Origin: Bacillales bacterium UBA7642
GTDB taxonomy: Bacteria > Bacillota_I > Bacilli_A > RFN20 > CAG-288
Assembly (NCBI GenBank): GCA_002483745.1
Contig: DLIM01000025.1
Span: 1-55,931, forward strand
Length of the DNA: 55,931 bases
Reading direction: 5' to 3'
Every line of letters starts with the position of its first letter. The first letter of the stretch is position 1. The notes beneath the pieces were generated by a model. It searched no databases. It worked only from the letters and a program-made list of their open reading frames with translations, and had not been told where the DNA came from. The position numbers and the translations under genes were made by a program. Of this stretch, positions 20,079 to 28,637 are shown one piece after another.

Positions 20079-20546
20079 ATGAATAAAACCAATGTTATGA
20101 GAATTCTGGATAGTCTGAAAATCACCTATAAAGCTCATGATTACTCCAAAACGGATGCTTTAAGTGCAGATAGCGTAGCCAAGGCTCTTAATGAAAATCC
20201 CTTGAAAGTCTTCAAAACCCTCGTAACGGTTGGGAAAAGCAAAGAACACTATGTCTTCGTTGTCCCCTCTACAAGTGAGTTAGACTTAAAGAAAGCCGCC
20301 AAAGCCGCCGATGAGAAGAATATCGAAATGATCACTCAAAAAGAATTGCTGCCACTTACAGGTTACATACATGGTGGCTGTTCTCCGATTGGAATGAAGA
20401 AACGCTTAGCTGTCTTTGTGGATAGTACCGCTAAAGGCTTTGATACTATTTATGTCTCTGGGGGAAAGGTTGGTCTTCAGGTCGAACTAAGCCCGAATGA
20501 TCTAAATAAAGCCACTGATTGTCAGTTCGTTGATTTGCAAGCCTAA
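20079..20546 (+). CDS. ybaK: YbaK/EbsC-type Cys-tRNA(Pro) deacylase, copy B
   Basis: 155 aa, with FKTLV and GYIHGGCSPIG conserved. Confidence 0.8.
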   Translation: MNKTNVMRILDSLKITYKAHDYSKTDALSADSVAKALNENPLKVFKTLVTVGKSKEHYVFVVPSTSELDLKKAAKAADEKNIEMITQKELLPLTGYIHGGCSPIGMKKRLAVFVDSTAKGFDTIYVSGGKVGLQVELSPNDLNKATDCQFVDLQA

Positions 20547-20562
20547 AAAGGAGAATGTATAT

Positions 20563-22116
20563 ATGAATTCACATCCGGAATGGCTAGACAAGGCGTGCTT
20601 CTATGAGATTTATCCTCAATCCTTCTTGGATACCAATAATGATGGCATCGGAGACTTAAAGGGAATCGAGGAAAAACTGGATTACATCAAAGGTGTCGGT
20701 TTCAATGCTTTGTGGCTGAACCCGATTTTCGAATCCACATTCTTTGATGCCGGCTATGATGTCTCTGATTATAAGAAAGTTGCTACCCGTTATGGCGGAA
20801 ACATAGCTTTAACTAGACTAATAAAAGCCTGTCATCATAAAAAAATTAAGTTGTTATTAGACTTAGTTCCCGGACATACCGCGATTGACCATCCTTGGTT
20901 CAAGGAATCAATGAAAGATGAAAAGAATCCTTATTCGGAAAGATACATTTGGACTACCAATGTCTGGGAATGCCCAAAGGATCTTAATTGTATCCGTGGG
21001 TTCAGCCAACGAAACGGAGCCTGCATCACTAATTTCTTCTCTATACAACCGGCTTTGAACTACGGATTCACTAATATTGAGAATCCGGATTTTGAAAAGC
21101 CAATTACAGCAAAAGGTCCTCAGGACACTATCAAAGCCATGATCGATGTGATTCGTTTCTATCTTAAGCAAGGGGTTGATGGCTTTAGAGTAGATATGGC
21201 TGGCTGGTTAGTGAAAAGAGATCCGGAAGGAAAAGGGACCATGGAAGTCTGGAAACAGATTTTCAAAACCATAAACAAGGAATTCCCAGAAGCGGTCTTT
21301 GTCTCCGAATGGTGCAATCCCCGAAGATCCTTATCCAGCGGATTTGATATGGACTTTTTGCTCCAGGACGAATTCAACCTCAACGATTCTTTGTTGACTC
21401 GCTGCAAGCATCCTTATTTCCGTTTTCATGAAACTGAAAGCGACAGTAAGGTCTTCATGGATTATTTCGAAGACTTATATGAAGTGGCGAAATCAAACGG
21501 CAAATATCTGTCACTCATTTCTGGCAACCATGACACTATCAGAATAGCTAAATCCTTGAATAATCAGGAATTGAAGTTCTATTATGCCTTCATGTATACC
21601 GTTCCAAATGTTCCCTTCATGTATTATGGAGATGAACTAGGTATGAAATACGAGGAACATCTGAAATCAGTGGAAGGCGGTTATCAAAGAACCGGTTCAA
21701 GATCACCGATGCAGTGGACAAAGTCTACTTTAGCCGGCTTCACGAGAAATAAGAATCCTTATATTTCCATCAATCCTGATCGAAAAGGATTAAGCGTAGA
21801 AGAAGAAAGCAAAGATTCCAAATCCCTGCTTTGGTTTGTCAAAGAGCTGCTGACCGTCAAAAAAGAACATCCGGCTTTGGACAATAATGCCTCTTTCAGA
21901 ATCGAATACAATCAGGCGGGTCAGTTCCCGTTAGTCTATACTCGAGAAAAAGGTGACGATAAAGTAATGGTTGTCTTTAATCCTACTGATGTCAAGAAAG
22001 TCATACCTTTTAACCGTGAGAAAGTAAAACTTCTTCTTAAAATCGGCAAAGCCGATTTAGCCGATTGCTACATCAACATCAATAAACAATCTCTGGCAAT
22101 CTTCTCAATCAAGTAA
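20563..22116 (+). CDS. Cytoplasmic GH13 alpha-glucosidase-like enzyme, copy B
   Basis: The ATG at 20563 follows AAAGGAG. Catalytic motifs GVDGFRVDMAGW, FVSEW and GNHDTIR are present. Confidence 0.88.
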   Translation: MNSHPEWLDKACFYEIYPQSFLDTNNDGIGDLKGIEEKLDYIKGVGFNALWLNPIFESTFFDAGYDVSDYKKVATRYGGNIALTRLIKACHHKKIKLLLDLVPGHTAIDHPWFKESMKDEKNPYSERYIWTTNVWECPKDLNCIRGFSQRNGACITNFFSIQPALNYGFTNIENPDFEKPITAKGPQDTIKAMIDVIRFYLKQGVDGFRVDMAGWLVKRDPEGKGTMEVWKQIFKTINKEFPEAVFVSEWCNPRRSLSSGFDMDFLLQDEFNLNDSLLTRCKHPYFRFHETESDSKVFMDYFEDLYEVAKSNGKYLSLISGNHDTIRIAKSLNNQELKFYYAFMYTVPNVPFMYYGDELGMKYEEHLKSVEGGYQRTGSRSPMQWTKSTLAGFTRNKNPYISINPDRKGLSVEEESKDSKSLLWFVKELLTVKKEHPALDNNASFRIEYNQAGQFPLVYTREKGDDKVMVVFNPTDVKKVIPFNREKVKLLLKIGKADLADCYININKQSLAIFSIK

Positions 22117-22127
22117 AAAATCAAAGC

Positions 22128-22164
22128 ATGAAAAATGGGGAAGGCAGTTAGCCTTCCCCATTTA
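22128..22164. terminator. Bidirectional rho-independent terminator between GH13 copy B and fba
   Basis: Perfect 13-bp stem AAATGGGGAAGGC / GCCTTCCCCATTT with loop AGTTA, flanked by A and T runs. Confidence 0.8.
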
Positions 22165-22177
22165 AATTGACTCTTAT

Positions 22178-23053
22178 TTAGTAATTAGCCTTGTTGACAG
22201 AACCGAAGAGCTTGATCTTCTCTTCAACCTTGGCCTTGATAGCTTCATAGCCAGGCTTCAATAACTTACGAGGATCGAAACCCTTGTTAAGATAATCATG
22301 AGCTAAGCCAGCAGCGCAATACTTTTCAGTAGCTTCAGCGAAAGCCAACTGGCATTCAGTGTTGACATTGACCTTAGAAACACCTTCGATGATAGCCTGT
22401 TTGACCTGATTATCAGGAATACCGCTTCCGCCATGTAAGACAAGAGGAATATTATTAGTAGCAGCATTGATCTTGGCTAAGACATCAAGATGAAGTCCCT
22501 TCCAATCCTTAGGATAGATGCCATGGATGTTACCGATACCGGCAGCTAAGCAATCAATACCTAAAGACACAATCTGAGCACATTCCTTAGGATCAGCAAT
22601 TTCACCATCAGCAGTGACGCCATCCTCAGTTCCACCAATGGAGCCGACTTCAGCTTCGATTGATAAACCATTATCATGAGCCAGATTTACTAACTCCTTA
22701 GTATGAGCAATGTTAGTTTCAAAGCTATCATGAGAACCATCATACATGATGGAAGTATAGCCGGCAGCAATGCAGGCTTTAGCACCTTCATAAGTGCCAT
22801 GATCAAGATGTAAGCAAACCGGAACAGTGATATTCAAATCCTTATCAAGAGCACGGACAAGCTGAGCAACAGCATAGAAGCCACCCATATACTTGCCGGC
22901 ACCTTCAGAAGTAGCAATGATGACAGGAGAGTTAAGTTCCTGAGCGGCTAAGAGAATCGCCTTAGACCATTCGAGGTTGTTGGTGTTGAAATGACCAACA
23001 GCATAGTGACCGTCTTTAGCAACTCTTAACATTCTTGTAAGATTAACTAACAT
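22178..23053 (-). CDS. fba: Class II fructose-1,6-bisphosphate aldolase
   Basis: 291 aa. Contains VPVCLHLDHG, VLHGGSGIP and GVSKVNVNTE motifs, with AGGAGG upstream. Confidence 0.95.
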   Translation of the reverse strand: MLVNLTRMLRVAKDGHYAVGHFNTNNLEWSKAILLAAQELNSPVIIATSEGAGKYMGGFYAVAQLVRALDKDLNITVPVCLHLDHGTYEGAKACIAAGYTSIMYDGSHDSFETNIAHTKELVNLAHDNGLSIEAEVGSIGGTEDGVTADGEIADPKECAQIVSLGIDCLAAGIGNIHGIYPKDWKGLHLDVLAKINAATNNIPLVLHGGSGIPDNQVKQAIIEGVSKVNVNTECQLAFAEATEKYCAAGLAHDYLNKGFDPRKLLKPGYEAIKAKVEEKIKLFGSVNKANY

Positions 23054-23087
23054 TATTTGAAACCTCCTAAGTTTCGAAAGCTCTACT

Positions 23088-23116
23088 ATTCTATATAAAT
23101 TTTTTCACCCTGTAAA
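23088..23116 (-). promoter_or_regulatory. Candidate sigma-70-type promoter of fba
   Basis: On the minus strand, TTTACA - 17 nt - TAGAAT lies about 35 nt upstream of the fba start. Confidence 0.45.
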
Positions 23117-23297
23117 GAAATCTTGACACAAATATGCTTAAAAAGAGATAGCCAAACTTCTTTTTGAAATTACCTTTTTGCATATAAAGAAATGAAAAGC
23201 GTATCAAATAGTATCTTAGAATTTTTCCCTTACGGAAAAGTCTCTTGAAAATTCTCCTATTTTGTCTAATTTAAAGACTTTTTTAAGCCATTCTTGC

Positions 23298-23326
23298 TTG
23301 ACAATTTTGCTATGAAGAAGTACGAT
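23298..23326 (+). promoter_or_regulatory. Candidate promoter of the FucI/AraA-like operon
   Basis: TTGACA (23298-23303) - 17 nt - TACGAT (23321-23326). It lies inside the 5' extension of the track ORF, which supports the ATG at 23348 as the true start. Confidence 0.45.
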
Positions 23327-23347
23327 TTACGTAAAGGAATTTGCCAT

Positions 23348-24920
23348 ATGTCTACAGTAAAACTTTTGCTAATTGATGAAAAAAGTATTTGCTATGGTTC
23401 TTCATCAAAATTTTATGACCTCTTTTTTGAAAAACTACATAATGAATGCCCGGAATTAAACTTTTCTTTTGCTAAATCAAACGATGATTTTTACTCTGGG
23501 GATAAGTGTTCTAGTACCAGGCATGAAAGGTGGTTTGGACCGGTCCTTTATTGATGCCATTTTTCACTTTACCCCACCTTTTTATATTCTTCCTATTCCT
23601 GGTTCAGATTCCACTTCTGTCGCAATTGATATGTCAGGATTCTTCAATAGATATAACATTCCACATATTGTCATGCTGGGAAGCGGTGAAGAAATCTGCA
23701 ATTCTATAAAACAATGTATTATTAACACCAAATTGATGGATACAACTGATTCTTTGTATATCGGCTTTATTGGGGCCAATGGTGCTATAAATACTTTCTC
23801 TTCTGATATGCCTATTCTTAAATTACGTAATAGGTTCAGCACAAAAATAAAAATCATAAGAGAAACCGAAGTCTTTGAGTCTTTCGTCAATACTCCTTCT
23901 ATGACCATCCCACAAAATTTCTTTAAAGTATCATGGGATTATTATGAGCTTGATAAATCCTACCGACTGTATTTAGTTTTAAAGAACATTATTAAGAAAT
24001 ATAAGCTAGACGGCCTAATGATTTCCTGCCTGGAAATCACGAAGTATCTAAAAACCACCGGTTGTTTAGCTTTGGCCAAACTTGATGAAGAAGGGTATTT
24101 GGTTTGCTGTGGAAATGATTTAGCCACAATACCAGCCGTCCTGATAGCTAAATCCATTCTTAAACTTCCTTGCTTTATTGCCCATCCCTATAACTTCCTT
24201 ACCGAAAAGAAATCGGTGGATATGGCCGGTTCTTATCTTTCGTATAACATTTGCCCTTCATATCAAGCAGACACTGAAGGCATGAGTAGACAAGGATTAT
24301 GCCTAAAAGGGAATATTCCTTTAGGCCCTGTCACTTTATTGAAGATTTCAGGTTTCACTAATTTTTATTTCTGCCTTGAAGCTAATCTCACTGAAAATAT
24401 TGAAGCACCTAATGTGGCAACAAATGCAGTCAGAATAGTTTTCGACAATTATGATATGTCTGATTACTCGCTACCTATCGGGAAAAGAATAATCATAATA
24501 CCAGGACATCAGAAAGCAAAAATTGATGATTATTTAATTCATCGTGGATTTACCAGTTTTAGAAAGCCTAAAAATCCAAAGTCCTATTATTTAGAGGTTT
24601 CCCACAAGAGTTTCATGTTAATCAGAGACCGTCAAAAGGTTGTCTCCTTTAGCAAACAGGTGGATTACTGCGGTTCTTTAAAGATTGGAACAGTAGTAAG
24701 ACTAATTGATGAAGACACGGGTGAAATAACTTCTATTAAGTTTGAATCGACCGAAACCTATAATTCTGCTCAGGAGATAATCAATAAGTTCGGTAAGTCA
24801 ATTTTGAATTATGATGGGACTTATATCAATATGTACGGAACCAAAAAAACGGTTGAGGAATTAGATAAAGATCATGAGGTATATTCAGTTGCTGTTTTAA
24901 ATAAATGTCCAAACCAATAA
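23348..24920 (+). pseudogene. FucI/AraA-like (sugar-isomerase-fold) protein paralogue 1, reading frame broken at a G4 run
   Basis: The N-terminal ~50 codons (MSTVKLLLIDEK...NDDFYSG) are in one frame and the remaining 470+ codons are in the +1 frame. Removing one G from GGGG (23498-23501) gives ...FSFAKSNDDFYSGISVLVPGMKGG..., collinear with paralogue 2. This could also be a homopolymer sequencing error. Confidence 0.55.
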
Positions 24921-24952
24921 CATTTCTAAATCTAAGGTGTTTTTTAAAAATT

Positions 24953-24981
24953 TTGTCAACTAAGCTGATTTATAATATAAT
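24953..24981 (+). promoter_or_regulatory. Candidate internal promoter for paralogue 2 and the ADA-like gene
   Basis: TTGTCA (24953-24958) - 17 nt - TATAAT (24976-24981), followed by AGGAGG and the ATG at 25004. Confidence 0.5.
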
Positions 24982-25003
24982 AAATTAGGAGGAAAGGAAA
25001 TTT

Positions 25004-26572
25004 ATGATAAATATTTTGGTGATGCCCTTACGTGCCAAAAAAACTCCGGCTGCATTAAGAAAAGCTGCAAATGGTTATATACAGGAACTTTTTGGCAATG
25101 ATGATTTCTCATTTAAAATCATTGAAAATGTTATTGATCTCTCAAAAGAAGGTCTAGGTATTGTTTTAGTGGAAACCAATTATATCCAGGAACAGTTTTG
25201 GAATATTCTTTTAAGACTTCCTTCTCCGGTTTTCCTTCTCCCTATACAAGGTAATGGCTCAATAGGAGCCGCTTCTGATATTTCTTCCTACCTTAATTTC
25301 CGTCATATTGAGTGCCATCTACTTATTGGCACAAACGATAATATCAGAAAAGTTATTAGGACTTATGCCTTTTCTGGCTCAATAAAAGGTTTCACTAACC
25401 ATATCGGTGTCATTATCTCCGAAGAAAATGTTATGCTGAACAGCTACAACGTCAATTACAAAGCCTTACGTGGATGTTTTGATATGGAGAGCGTATCAAT
25501 CTCCGAACAGGAGTTGGTCGATATTTTTAATTCTAAACCAAAAATGAAGATGCCTAGGGATTTCTTCAAATCCACTTGGGATTATTATGAGCTGGATAAA
25601 AGTTATCGTCTATATCTTGCCTTAAAGGATCTTATTAAGAAATACAATCTAAAAGGTATTACTATGGAATGCTTTTCCTTATGCAATACTTTAAGAGCTA
25701 CAGCCTGTTTAGCTTACGACAAGCTAACTGAGGAAGGGTACTACATTTCTTGCCACAATAACATTTCGGGAATAATCTGCGCCAGTATCTCCAACAATTT
25801 ATTTAAAGAACCTGTTTTCCAAGGCTCCACTTATTCTTTGGATTTTGAAAACAAGATTGCTATCTTCGCTAGCTCTTATGTTCCTACCTCCATGTGTGAA
25901 AGCTTTGCTTACGATACAGAAAGCCAAACCAATCTGGGTGTAAGCATCAAAGGCAAGATGAAGAAAGGGAACGTCACAATTTTTATTGTCTCCAATAATT
26001 TACGTTATTACTTTGCCGATGAAGGAACCATCATCGATAATCTTGATTTAGAATCCAATCCTCGGGCTACAGCAATCAAAGTTAAATGGAAAGACTTTGT
26101 TGCTCCAAGTCTAATGTCTTTTGTGGGTTCCCCAATCTATATCATCTACGGAAATCACAAAAAGGAATTAACTGAATTCTTTGAAAAACGTGGTTTCAAT
26201 TCCTATGATAAGAGAATTAATGATCTTACCCCCTCTATTGTTTATTTGCCTAACGATAGTTTTGAAAGACTTAAGAAGAGCAAACGGACTTGGGATATTT
26301 CTTTTAAGGATTCGGTTTTTGAAAGATTCAATGAAGGAACGACAGTTACAGTATTTAATGAAGACGTATTTGATGAGCACATCACTTACATAATTAACCG
26401 AAAAGTTGCCTATCCTGATTACTCTTCTTTAATCCGCGACTTAGAAACTGGAAAATACACTATCGATCCTAAAGAACTGCCAGCTGCTAAAAAAGTCTAT
26501 GATACCCGTTTTAAGGATGAGGATAAGAAGACAAAGTCTTTCTCACTTATCTTATTCCAAAGAATTCAATAA
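25004..26572 (+). CDS. FucI/AraA-like (sugar-isomerase-fold) protein paralogue 2 with a ~125-aa C-terminal extension
   Basis: The central block WDYYELDKSYRLYLALKDLIKKYNLKGITMECFSL...ACLAYDKLTEEGYYISCHNN aligns by eye to the AraA/FucI-family core (E. coli AraA ...GFHAFTTTFEDL...LAVQRLMQQGYGFAGEGD). The catalytic acidic residues are not conserved. Confidence 0.6.
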   Translation: MINILVMPLRAKKTPAALRKAANGYIQELFGNDDFSFKIIENVIDLSKEGLGIVLVETNYIQEQFWNILLRLPSPVFLLPIQGNGSIGAASDISSYLNFRHIECHLLIGTNDNIRKVIRTYAFSGSIKGFTNHIGVIISEENVMLNSYNVNYKALRGCFDMESVSISEQELVDIFNSKPKMKMPRDFFKSTWDYYELDKSYRLYLALKDLIKKYNLKGITMECFSLCNTLRATACLAYDKLTEEGYYISCHNNISGIICASISNNLFKEPVFQGSTYSLDFENKIAIFASSYVPTSMCESFAYDTESQTNLGVSIKGKMKKGNVTIFIVSNNLRYYFADEGTIIDNLDLESNPRATAIKVKWKDFVAPSLMSFVGSPIYIIYGNHKKELTEFFEKRGFNSYDKRINDLTPSIVYLPNDSFERLKKSKRTWDISFKDSVFERFNEGTTVTVFNEDVFDEHITYIINRKVAYPDYSSLIRDLETGKYTIDPKELPAAKKVYDTRFKDEDKKTKSFSLILFQRIQ

Positions 26573-26587
26573 CAAAGGAGTCCTCAC

Positions 26588-27520
26588 ATGATTGAACTTA
26601 ACATTAATTTAGAAGGTTCGCTTTCGCCAGAAACGTGTTTTGATTTTTATCGGGATCAAAGCTGTCCTCTTCCCTGTAAAGACGAAAAAGAAATGAAAGG
26701 TCTTCTTTCTATTACTAAACCTTTTTCGGATGAAGTCACTATTGAAAACAGCCTCTACAAAATGACTCTTCCGGTCCTTCAGCAGAATCAGGCTATCGAA
26801 AGAGCCGCTTACGAATTAGTTACTAAGTTAGCCAAGCAAGGTACTTCCTATGCTGAGATTGCTTTAGCACCAATCCGTTTCACTCACCAGACTTTATCCC
26901 AGTTAGCAGTCGTAGAAGCCGTAATTTCCGGTGTAAGCCGTGCCCGAATGGACTTGAAAGGTCAAATCCAAGTCAATCTGGTCTTAGGTTTAGTCAGGGG
27001 CGAGAAGGAATCTAATAACTTGGAGACTGTAGAAGTAGCTAACCGTCTAAAAGGGACTATTGTTAACGGTCTTATACTAGAAGGCGAAGAAAACACTCCG
27101 GTTAGTAAATACCAGAAGGTACTTAATCAGGCCTATAAGCTGAATATTCCTTTCAGTGTGGCTACTAACAAGCTTCAGGATACTAAGGATGCTATAACTT
27201 TAGGTGCTAAAAGAATCATTGGCGGATTGGCTTGCACAGAAGATGAGGAAGTCATCAAGATGATCAAAGACAAGAATGTCCTTATCGTCACTTCCTTGCT
27301 CCAGCTGTTCTATACCGGGAAGCTTAAGCGTTTAATTGATCATCCTCTTCCTCTGATGAAAAAGAATGGCCTTAAGGTTGTTCTATCCAGTTCCGATCCG
27401 GCTCTCTTTGATTCTAACATCAACCGCGAATACACATTGGCCCGTGACCTCTTCTTTATCTCCTATAAGGATTGCATGGATATGGAGAAGTTGGCTTTTG
27501 AAGAAAAGCTGATGAAGTAA
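26588..27520 (+). CDS. Adenosine-deaminase-fold (amidohydrolase superfamily) protein lacking canonical Zn/catalytic residues
   Basis: Collinear by eye with E. coli Add: LNINLEGSLSPET vs DIHRHLDGNIRPQT, AVVEAVISGVSRA vs GVVEAVIDGVREG, LILEGEE vs LDLAGDE, LSSSDPALF vs INTDDPGVQ. The HxH, HAGE and RIGHG residues are replaced. Confidence 0.6.
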   Translation: MIELNINLEGSLSPETCFDFYRDQSCPLPCKDEKEMKGLLSITKPFSDEVTIENSLYKMTLPVLQQNQAIERAAYELVTKLAKQGTSYAEIALAPIRFTHQTLSQLAVVEAVISGVSRARMDLKGQIQVNLVLGLVRGEKESNNLETVEVANRLKGTIVNGLILEGEENTPVSKYQKVLNQAYKLNIPFSVATNKLQDTKDAITLGAKRIIGGLACTEDEEVIKMIKDKNVLIVTSLLQLFYTGKLKRLIDHPLPLMKKNGLKVVLSSSDPALFDSNINREYTLARDLFFISYKDCMDMEKLAFEEKLMK

Positions 27521-27522
27521 AC

Positions 27523-27557
27523 AAAAGGCTGCCATAAAAGGTAGCCTTTTTGTTTTG
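27523..27557 (+). terminator. Rho-independent terminator of the FucI-like/ADA-like operon
   Basis: AAAAGGCTGCC / GGTAGCCTTTT hairpin followed by TGTTTTG. Confidence 0.7.
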
Positions 27558-27581
27558 CTTCCTAAAAGAATTTCTTTGCTT

Positions 27582-27613
27582 AAAAAACTCCTAGGTTTAT
27601 GCCTAGGAGTTTT
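27582..27613 (-). terminator. Rho-independent terminator of the nucleoside ABC operon
   Basis: Perfect 12-bp stem AAAACTCCTAGG / CCTAGGAGTTTT, with a T-run on the minus strand. Confidence 0.75.
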
Positions 27614-27632
27614 ATTAAAATCTGTAAGAGAG

Positions 27633-28637
27633 CTAACGCTGACCGACTTCGTAAGGTATGCCTTCAGCTTTGGGGCACCCGGACTTCTTTCTAGTCATAA
27701 TCAAGACGATCAAGACAATGGCATAAGGAAGGAGGTTATAGAAGTACATCGGAAGAGGAAGGTTCTTTAGCAAAGGAATGGTATTATAAACGACTGCTAA
27801 GCTTTTAAGGAAGCCGAATAATAAGGAACCTAAACCAATCCAAAGCGGATTCCAGTTGCCGAAGATCATAATGGCTAAAGCTAAGAAGCCTAAGCCGCCA
27901 ACGGAGTTTTCAGCCTCAGTACCAGTCTGAGTAGCAATATAGATGAAGCCTCCTAAACCAGCTAAAGCACCAGAGATAGAGGTACCTAAGTATCTCATCT
28001 TCTCCACATTGATACCGACACTTGCCGCAGCCTGAGGATGTTCTCCGCAAGCTCTGATATGGGTACCGGTCTTAGACTTATAAAGCCAGATAGCCAAAAA
28101 GATAAACAAAATGATGATTATATAAGTGGAAGTATAGATTCCGTTAAAGAGGAAGTCTAACAAAGAATTATTGTTAATAGCATCAACGAATCCCGTAAGC
28201 CCAGCATTAGTATAAGTGCTAGTAGAAAGCTGGAAGGAGCCACCTGAAGTGATTCTTTCGGAATTGAAGAACATTAAGCCAAAGGTTGAAACCAAAGCTG
28301 GAGCCAACATATTCAGCGCTGTACCGCCTATTGTTTGATCAGCTTTCATCTTGATAGCAGCAAAAGATAATAGGAGTGAGAAGATACAGCCAGAAGCAGC
28401 ACCAATTAGCATGCCTAAAATGTAAAGCCATTGATTAGTTGAGGTATTGGCACCTAAGACGTTACCATTAACCATGAAACGGCAGAAGATACATCCGATG
28501 AAGGCACCGAAGATCATTTCACCATCGAGGCCTAAGTTGATGATGCCTGAGTGTTCTGAGAAGGCACCGGCCAAGGCTACAATCATCAAAGGAATCATAC
28601 AAAGAATCGTTTGATGAAGAATAAATGTTGCAGACAT
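27633..28637 (-). CDS. ABC transporter permease (BMP-family nucleoside/simple-sugar importer, second permease)
   Basis: A 334-aa polytopic protein. Its start overlaps the upstream stop (TAATG), and it sits in an operon with a BMP lipoprotein and a duplicated-ATPase subunit. Confidence 0.8.
   Translation of the reverse strand: MSATFILHQTILCMIPLMIVALAGAFSEHSGIINLGLDGEMIFGAFIGCIFCRFMVNGNVLGANTSTNQWLYILGMLIGAASGCIFSLLLSFAAIKMKADQTIGGTALNMLAPALVSTFGLMFFNSERITSGGSFQLSTSTYTNAGLTGFVDAINNNSLLDFLFNGIYTSTYIIIILFIFLAIWLYKSKTGTHIRACGEHPQAAASVGINVEKMRYLGTSISGALAGLGGFIYIATQTGTEAENSVGGLGFLALAIMIFGNWNPLWIGLGSLLFGFLKSLAVVYNTIPLLKNLPLPMYFYNLLPYAIVLIVLIMTRKKSGCPKAEGIPYEVGQR

Larger units (their letters stand above)
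17071..22116 (+). repeat. Copy B of the diverged ~5-kb six-gene segmental duplication
   Basis: Collinear with 7677-12721. All six ORFs are intact and paralogous over their full length. Confidence 0.9.

Noticed and set aside
7600-22200. A mobile element or integrase-mediated origin for the duplicated blocks
   Set aside because: No transposase, integrase, recombinase, inverted terminal repeats or target-site duplications are visible at any of the four block boundaries. The single tRNA gene in the window is about 27 kb away.
23192-23205. A cre-like (CcpA) sequence, TGAAAAGCGTATCA, between fba and the FucI-like operon
   Set aside because: The central CG is displaced by one nucleotide relative to the TGWAANCGNTNWCA consensus, so the half-sites are out of register. 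It is not convincing without comparative support.
27555-27770. A 71-aa plus-strand ORF downstream of the ADA-like gene
   Set aside because: It begins inside the terminator region, spans a second terminator hairpin and then runs antisense to the ABC permease gene.
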